A stretch of DNA of 63,685 nt, the filler included, from Lophium mytilinum (lineage: Eukaryota): assembly GCA_010093605.1 (NCBI GenBank). It is 19 parts of 5 records of this genome, joined end to end, with 100 filler letters (N's around TTAATTAATTAA, not from the genome) between each part and the next. Parts side by side here need not be neighbours in the genome. Positions count along the whole stretch, not along the records: positions 54,143 to 57,048 come from MU004192.1; positions 57,149 to 59,801 come from MU004192.1; positions 59,902 to 62,548 come from MU004193.1; positions 62,649 to 63,685 come from MU004194.1; 15 more parts are not named here. One strand, 5' to 3'. This document shows positions 55,801 to 63,685 of the stretch, piece after piece. The notes under the pieces are model-generated. The model was given only the letters and a program-made list of their open reading frames with translations, made no database searches and was not told the origin of the DNA. Position 1 is the first letter of the stretch. Each line of letters begins with the position of its first letter. Both the position numbers and the translations under genes were made by a program.

Positions 55801-58800
55801 TAGGGCCCCCTATAATACTAAAGGGCATAATAAGTAATTTATATTTACTATAGTATATTATAAAAGCTATTTTATACTTATAGCCTAGGGCTATATAGAC
55901 TTTATTAAAGGCGGTAATAATATCTAGCTTAGTAAACTATTTAGCTTTACCTAGTTAATAGAGGGTTTTCTAGATAAGTAGAATTAGATATCTTATTTTA
56001 ATAGTAAGGGTGTTAACAGCTCTATAGTTAATATAGAACTAGATACCGCCCCCTAGCTTATAGATAAGAAGGATAGGTAAAGAGACTTATAATTATAATT
56101 ATCTAATATAGCCCTTAGCTAGATTATTATTAAGCTATTTCTTAATAATATAAAGTTTATTAGTAGATATAGAGTATAGGCAGGCTTTAGATAACTTACT
56201 TAGGTTAATACTATTAACCTAGTTAATTTTATAGTCTATACCTAGTCTATATAGTAGTAAACTATCTATATTAACTTAGTTAAAAATATAGATATATTTA
56301 TAAAGGCTAGAAGAAAGCTAAGTAAATATTTTCTTCTTAGTATAGTATTACTTAACTTCTATAAACTTCTTAATATTACGTATAGCTAATTTATAGAGAT
56401 AGATAGGTATATTACTTATTTATATAGCTATAACCTAGAGGTAATTTAAATAGATTAGAAAATTCTTACGGGTATTAGTAAGGTCGGCTGCAATATATTA
56501 AGGTAAGTTATTAAGCTAGTCTCTCTTAATAGCGGCTATATAGTCTATAGTAAGGTAGGCTATAACGCCTATATATTATATAGAGTCTATAGAATTAGAA
56601 GAGTATATAATATTATAATTATATATAAAATTAAATAGTGCTAAACCTTTTATATAGGTAGTAGCGCTGCTAGTATTATTTATATAGTAATAATAATATA
56701 GATAGAAAATTCTATTATATTTTTCTTTTATAAAGTTAATCTTACTAGTAACCTAGTCTATAGCTAGGTTATAGCGCTAGAACTAGCGCAGACCTAAGAT
56801 AATATTATAGTCGCTAAGGTTAGTAATATAGGCCTATTCGCGGCTCTAATATTCTTAAATAGTAATAGAAATAAGGGCTTTATAGGTAATCTTTTTAGTA
56901 ATAGTAGAGCTATTAGCTAATTTAAGTATTTATAATTTAGGTAAAGGGTAGATAGAAAAGTTTATTTAGTATATATAAGTAGTATCTATAAATTTATTAG
57001 TTACTCTAGTATTACTATAAAGGTATTCTTTAATTATATCTAGTAGTTNNNNNNNNNNNNNNNNNNNNNNNNNNNNNNNNNNNNNNNNNNNNTTAATTAA
57101 TTAANNNNNNNNNNNNNNNNNNNNNNNNNNNNNNNNNNNNNNNNNNNNATAGTTATATAGTTAATAGATCTTAGCTTTATATAAATAGGTTAATTTAAAG
57201 GCTATTACCTTATTTTTAGTAATAAAGTCTATAAAGGCTTTAGCGTCTAGAACTTTATATATAATAGGAGCTTTATTAGTATCTTACTTATTAATAGTGG
57301 AATAATTAATAAGCTTATTTACTTTAAGAATAGAAGTTTTAAAGGCGCCGGGTATCTTAGAGTAGTAGATATAGCTACTAGAGTTAGATTAATTAGAGTG
57401 TTTCTAAAGCTTATTATCTTTAAAAATAGCGTCGCCTTTAGTAAGGCCTTTAGTAAGGTTGTCTTAGGTATTATTATTATAGCTTTACGCGCGCTGCAAG
57501 TTTCTAGTAATTATCTAGGATTTCTTAGCAGTATTCTAGAAATCTTAAGTTAAGGCCTAGAAGTCTAAGAGTATAAGAATAGTGCGCTATAAAAGAAGGT
57601 TATATAGCTTCTATATACTAGTTATACTAAGAGAATTAAAGTTATTAGCTATAGTAATAGCTATATAGAGTATTATAGTTTACTAGTAGTAGGTTTTATA
57701 GTTTAAGAACTTAGTAGAATAGTAGCTAGATAGAATAACTTTATAGTATTATAGACTATAAGAGGTAAGATATAGAGTATAGTATTAAATAAGAAATAGA
57801 GTGTATTTATAAAGATAAAGTTGCGTAGAGGTAGAAATTCTACGCGGCGTAGGCTAAATATAGGCTAAAGGTATAAAACTGCGCTAGCGCATAGACTTAT
57901 ATAATATAGCCGAGGGTATATAATATATATAGAGCTAGATCTATTATACTTATTACTATTAACCCTAATATATAGAACTTCTTAAAGGGGTAGTTTAAAG
58001 GCTTTTTTTTATACTCTAGAATCTCTCTTTATATAGTAACTAAGAAGGTATTAAAACCCCCTAAATTACTATAAAAAGAAGTACTTTCTTAGTTACTTTT
58101 TAACTAGAAAATTACTTAGCTAATTTATATATTAGCTATCTTCTAGAGCACTATAATAGACTAGCTACTAGCCTAAATAGATAATACTAATTACTAGATA
58201 TATAGGTAATAGTTTCCTCTCTTATAAATTATAAATATAGATAAGACTTTTATTTCTTTTAAGTAGGTTAATTACTATACTTATAACTTTATAGGCGCTA
58301 TTAAGGTTACCTCTAAGGTAGTTAAGTTAGGTAATAATAAGTACTAAGCTACTCTAATCCTCTATATATATATAGATAGAGTAGCTAAATATAACTTTAT
58401 ACTTATATTTAAGGGGTTATTAAAAGAGAATAGAACTATATTAAAAAATAAGTAAGATTTATATATAAAAGGGGTAGAAGTATATATTAATAAGACTACC
58501 TATAATAATAAGGCGCTATTCTATAATTAGATAAAGAGAGTATATCTTCTAGCTAATTAGAATACTAATAAGTAGCCGCTAGAGTCTCTTCTTTTACTTA
58601 ACGCTGCGGCGTTTTATAAAACTAAGGCTATTAAGAATCTTCTTATAGAAAATTAGGTATTTATATTAATAATTTCTAGAGGCTATATAGGCTACCTATA
58701 GCCTCTTAATATAGCTATTAATAAGCCCTTTAAGAAGTAGATTATAGAGAAAGTTAATAATAGAATTAATAAGAAAATTAAGGTAGAAGAAGATACTAAG

Positions 58801-59510
58801 AATAATATTCTATATAATAAGAGAATTCTTACTACTATAGTAGTTATAGAGGCGTAAAAGAAGCTTATAGCTAGGCCTAAGCTTATAATTAAGGCCTTTA
58901 AGAATATAGGCCTCTTACTACTAGCTAATAGTAGTAAGAACTATAAAATTTATATTAAAATATTTACCTATAGAGAATTTAACCTTTCTAGATAAAGGAA
59001 TACGCTAGAAGTACCTCTATATATTAAATAGAAGCTTAATATTAATAATAATAAGCTTAAATTTATAGATAGAGATAATATACTATATAATTAGAGCTAA
59101 TATAAGGGCGCTATAAAGACTACTCTATTAAGGCTATATAAAAAGAGAAACTTACCTAGTATAGCTACTAGAAAGTAATAGCTTATTAAGAGGCTTCTAG
59201 TATATAATATAAAAAGAGTAGAAGAATTAAATTTAGGCGGCTATTTAAATACTCTAGATAACTCTATTAATTTAACTATTACGCCTTATAATAGCTTTAT
59301 ATCTTCTAGTATTATAGCTAGTAGCTTAAGTAATAACTCTATTATTTTAGAATCTAGATATAACGCTTTTTAAAGGAGTTATAGTAGTTTAGAATTATAG
59401 GGTAGATATGCTAAGTAAATAGAGGGCGCCTAAGAGGGGCTAGAGTTATAAAAGGAAGGGGGGCTAATTTTTTATCTATTTTATTATAAATACTAATCTT
59501 AATCTATATA
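52850..59510 (+). mobile_element. pogo/Fot1-type Tc1/mariner DNA transposon relic, split by the Gypsy insertion
   Basis: ATG at 52965. CENP-B-like HTH (RRxFS.QKKLEIL; LEERLY..F...R; WF) at 53105-53509. The frame resumes at 57954 with (S)KGWF.GF and de-RIPed DDE_1 motifs NMDETP, DKRQATLIL....DG....P.LIFKG, LLDAAAFHKT, PGGCTGYLQPLD.AINKPFK (58230-58740). Termini/TIRs not identified. Confidence 0.88.
53510..57948 (-). mobile_element. pol: Ty3/Gypsy retrotransposon bounded by two 202-bp LTRs, TSD CTTAT (internal gaps)
   Basis: LTRs at 53510-53711 and 57747-57948. CTTAT at 53505-53509 and 57949-57953. RT YLDNILIY at ~55715-55740 (-). RNase H TDAS / IYNKELL at ~55140-55275. Protease/gag-region relics at 56600-57700. 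Integrase not seen (probably lost in the gap at 54043). Confidence 0.94.
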
Positions 59511-59901
59511 CTATATATTTTCTACCTAGAGTTATAGCTAATTAATTATAATATATTCTACCTTATTCTATCTAAAAGTGTATTCTAATCTATCTAATAT
59601 TAGCTATTCTATATTCTTTAGTAGTAGCTACTAAGAGTATATTATAAGGAAATAGAAAGTCTATAGAAGGGCTGTGCAGCCTTACTATAAATCTACTTAA
59701 GAGTAATAACTTAATTAAATATTTATTAATTCTTATATACTTTTTATAGGTTAATAGTATATATATAGGTAAATAGCATGCTTAATTATAGCTAGACTAT
59801 ANNNNNNNNNNNNNNNNNNNNNNNNNNNNNNNNNNNNNNNNNNNNTTAATTAATTAANNNNNNNNNNNNNNNNNNNNNNNNNNNNNNNNNNNNNNNNNNN
59901 N

Positions 59902-62548
59902 AAGCTCTTTCTATTATATTTTTAACTTAGCTAGCCTAGAAATTAATATAAAAATCTAGGGTAGCCTTCTCTTACCTAAGCCTATTAGAAAGGCGCCTAG
60001 GCTAAAGAAAGGTAGCAGCTTATTAATTACTACTCTATACCTTAGCTATTTTTTATACTCTTCTTTAAGGTCTATATATCTCTCTCTAATAACTATATAG
60101 TACTTCTTAATAAAGGGTTTAAAATAGTCTAGTATACTAACTATTACCTACTATATAATATAGAGTAGTATATCCCCTAAGAAAAGGCTATTTAGGCTAA
60201 GGCTTATTAGCGTTCTATAGATACTTATAGCTATAATTATATTTAATACTCTTTAGAGATACCTAAATAATTTAGAATTATTCTATAGTTACTGCTCTTT
60301 CTCTATTTTTAAGGCGCGGTAGTAACCTCTAGCCTCTATAAGGTCTTTTTAATTAACACGCTAGAGAGTAGGGCCTTAATAAAGAATATTAAACTTATTC
60401 TCTTTATCTATATTCTCTTTCTCTAACTCCTTATCTAAAAGAGTATTATCTAGGTTATCTTTAATATTAGTATCTAAGTTAGTTAGATCTACTATCTAAG
60501 TTAGCATCTATAAACCTCTATATAGTATAACTATTAAATATAATAGAGTTTTAGAGCTGCGGAGAAAAGAAGTCCTACTATAGAATAAGCCTCTAGGGCA
60601 GCTATATAGATTAGCAGCCTTATTAAACCCTTTTAAGTTCTAGCCCTAATAAACCTAATTAAGTATATAGTTAATATTCGCTTATTTATATATAGTTATA
60701 TTAGAGCTTAAGGTTAAAATATTAGAATTATTAGATTAAATAGTATTAATATTAATAAAAGATAAATATAAGAGAGGAAGAGGTTTCTAGAACAGACGTT
60801 ATAATAACCTAAAGGGCGGAGCAACGTTCGCCCGTTCCGCAGAGCCTCCATCACGTGACCTCTAGTCACGTGTTATGCGCAATTATATAGCTATAATAAG
60901 TTAGGTAGAATGTATACTAATACTATATAGACTTAATATAGCTAAAAGCTATAATATATAGAAATATATTATTAAATTCTAGGTAGAACTTATTAAAAAA
61001 AATAGCCCTATATATATATATAGGGGTTACTTTATTACTATATAATAGGTTATAGAATATTATAAAAGTCTCTAGTAAGTTTAAATTCTTATTATATTTT
61101 TTATTAAAGGTCTCCGCGCTTATAATAATAAGGTAGGTTTTTACTTTTAGATTTAGCTTATACTACACCTAACTATTTATTTCTTAGTAAATAGGCCTAA
61201 GATTCTTCTAGTCTTTAGAAGTAAAATTACCCTCTATAATACTTCTATATATATACTAGATATAAAGTCTTCTACTAAGAACCTTAAAATTCTTATTCTT
61301 ATATTTAATATTTAGCTAGTATTTTACCTCCTTATAGGTCTAATTTAGTAGACTCTTCTTAGTAAGCTAAATAATGCAGCCTTTAACACTACTAGAACAT
61401 AGAGTATTAGTACTAGCCTCTCTAGTATAAGTAGTAAATACTATTAATATTTATAGAGTTTTTCCTATTTTAGGGGGGTCTATAAGAATTAGCCTATATA
61501 CTCTACTAGTAAGACCTTAAATAATACTATATATCCCGGCTACCTAGTATAGGGCTATATATATCTTTAGGTTAGTAGTTATTTCTAGTAGCTTAAAGAT
61601 TATATTACTAGAAAAATTCCTATATATTAGAGGTAAACTAAAAAACTATAGTACCTTTTTAAATACTACTACTAAGATATTTTTTATAGAGCTTAATATT
61701 AGGGCTATTATAGTAGTAATATTAATAGTATCTACCTTCTCTATATTAGCTATAATTATCTTATTTATATCTATAGAGGGTCTAGTCTTACTAAGACTAT
61801 ATATATTAAATTTAAGCGTAGCTATAATATTAATACTACTAATTACTATATCCCCCGTAACTTAGGTATTACTAGAGATAGTCTAGCTACTCTCTATAGC
61901 AACTATAAGTATATAGAGTTATTTTTAGATAGTTAAATACTAAGTAGTTCTAGATTTAAGCGCTTTAAGCTACTATATAACCTTATTATAGATAATACTA
62001 GGCTAAATAGAATTACGCATTAACTTAGTATATAGCTAGATAATATTAAGTATCTATTAAATTAGTTATACTTTCTTCTCTATTTATAGCTTCTATATCT
62101 TCTTCTCTACTAGTAGTTTTTACTTTCTTTATTCCTCTTACTCTACTATCTCTTCTAGCTATTTCTACTTCTTTACTTTCTCTTTAGTTATAGTTTTAGC
62201 TAGCTCTTTCTCCTTCTATTTTATCTACTTTTTAGCCTTCTCCGCTATTACTATATTTACTAGCTCTCTCTTCTTTATCTCTTTCTTCTTTATCTCTTTC
62301 TTCTTTATCTCTTTTTTCTTTCTTTCTTTCTCTACTTTTACTATTTCTACTAGCGCTTTCTCTACTAGCGCTTTCTCCGCCAGCTCTTTCTCTACTAACT
62401 CTTTCTCCTTCTTTTCTTTCTCTTTCTTTTCTCTTTTTACTTTTACTATTTCTACTAGCTCTTTCTTCTTTTTTTCTTTCTCTTCTTTTACTATATCTAC
62501 TAGCTATTTCTACTTCTTCCCTTTATTCTACTCTATAGTAGAATTAAC
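59902..62548 (-). repeat. Inverted copy of the SNF2 gene (~23269-25680) interrupted by a solo LTR
   Basis: Reverse complement of the SNF2 region, including motif I (61455-61495) and the K/E tract (62090-62520). Confidence 0.92.
60699..60898 (-). mobile_element. Solo LTR (200 bp) with 5-bp TSD AGTTA, inserted in an SNF2 copy
   Basis: AGTTA at 60694-60698 and 60899-60903. The empty site is visible in the other copy (36852-36856). Homologous to 36152-36351. Confidence 0.93.
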
Positions 62549-62648
62549 NNNNNNNNNNNNNNNNNNNNNNNNNNNNNNNNNNNNNNNNNNNNTTAATTAA
62601 TTAANNNNNNNNNNNNNNNNNNNNNNNNNNNNNNNNNNNNNNNNNNNN

Positions 62649-63685
62649 ACTTTATAATTAATAATAAAGCTATAGCTATAAATAATAAGCTTTATAGCTA
62701 GTAGGCGTATATAAAATATAATAAGAAATAGACTATCTTTCTTCTCTAGTTCTAGAAAATAGTATCTATAGACTCTAATAAGAATATAGACTTTATTAAA
62801 TAGAAAGAATAGCTTAAGTACCTTATTACCTCTAAACTTAGAAGTTAGATCTTTAGAGCCGCTAATAACTATATAAACTAGCTAGAACTTATTACTACTA
62901 TTAACTATGCAGTCTTCTATTTTACTAGTAAGTATAAATGCGCCCGTAAGCAGTAATATTCTAACAGCCCTATCTAGAATAATAGTAATAGCTTAAAATA
63001 TACTAATAAGCTATTTACTAATAAGTCTAATTATAGCTTCTAATAGAACTTTAACCGCAACTTAAAGATATATTTATTACGCTCTATTATAGATAATACC
63101 TTATACTACTATAACTATAATAGTAATATATACTATATTTATCTTCCTTCTATAGTAACTAAAGTATTAAGTAAATAAACTTAAGACGTCTACTATAACT
63201 ACCTTAAGATAGAATATTATATATTAGACTGCAACCGCCCTTATATAAAGAACGCCCCTCCTTCTAAAGAGATAGTTTAATAATATCTTATCTATTTCTA
63301 GAAAGAACTAGATTTAAAGCTCTCTATAATCTACTATATAGATAATTCTATATCTAATATTAAGTTTAGTAACACTCTAGCTACTATTAACTATAATAGT
63401 AGCAATAATAATACTACTTATAATAATTAAGACTTATTTAATAGTAAGAATTTTCTCTAGACTCTAACTATAGTTATAGTTAGAGTCTAGTAGATATTTA
63501 TCTAAGTATACTAGTTGCCCGCATTTAAGAACTAGAGTAACTATCTTCTAAGCTAGATAAACTCTAGCTTTCTATTTATACTATTAACTCTTCTAAAGAA
63601 GTTATATAAGGTAAATAACTTAACTTTAAATATAGAATTTATACCTCTAGTACTACTACTACGCTAGCTACTATTATAAATAGTT
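62649..63685. other. Unclassified RIP-degraded sequence
   Basis: RIP composition. No match to other blocks found by eye. Confidence 0.3.

Larger units (their letters stand above)
2332..62648. other. Artificial contig-joining linkers (44 N + TTAATTAATTAA + 44 N), 18 occurrences
   Basis: Identical 100-nt spacers start at 2332, 5744, 11175, 13853, 20077, 23169, 24700, 26088, 35799, 37734, 41461, 45509, 47059, 49718, 54043, 57049, 59802 and 62549. TTAATTAATTAA gives stops in all six frames. Plain N gaps lie at 15423-15432, 18167-18902 and 44177-44186. Confidence 0.97.
1..63685. other. RIP-mutated AT-rich transposon graveyard (fungal heterochromatin-like block)
   Basis: TA/TAG/CTA words dominate and CA/TG are nearly absent. 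Homologous copies within the window differ almost only by C/T and G/A transitions. All TE reading frames are riddled with TAA/TAG stops where CAA/CAG/TGG are expected. Confidence 0.95.

Noticed and set aside
1..63685. Organellar or AT-rich bacterial DNA, tRNA/rRNA genes, telomeric arrays
   Set aside because: The AT richness is explained by RIP of nuclear TEs. No RNA gene structure or (TTAGGG)n array was seen.

Overview
Extremely AT-rich, gene-free fungal (probably ascomycete) heterochromatin-type region made almost entirely of repeats degraded by RIP-like C->T/G->A mutation. TpA is pervasive and CpA/TpG are nearly absent. No intact gene is present. The scaffold is fragmented by 18 artificial 100-nt N(44)-TTAATTAATTAA-N(44) linkers plus 3 plain N gaps, so contig order is not fully reliable. 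Recognisable relics, read by eye with RIP reversed: (1) three Ty3/Gypsy (chromovirus-like) LTR retrotransposons, one bounded by both 202-bp LTRs with a 5-bp TSD; (2) a 200-bp solo LTR with a 5-bp TSD; (3) a pogo/Fot1-type DDE_1 transposon split by a Gypsy insertion; (4) a ~1.27-kb element bounded by long inverted repeats. The dominant and most interesting component is a large multi-copy, multi-gene repeat (at least 12.5 kb, possibly 15 kb or more). Its blocks recur 3-4 times in both orientations. It encodes a clear SNF2-family helicase/ATPase plus several unidentified genes, and I could not recognise any transposase, reverse transcriptase or recombinase in it. It is a candidate unclassified giant fungal mobile element. 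Protein motifs quoted as 'de-RIPed' are manual reconstructions, and many boundaries are approximate.
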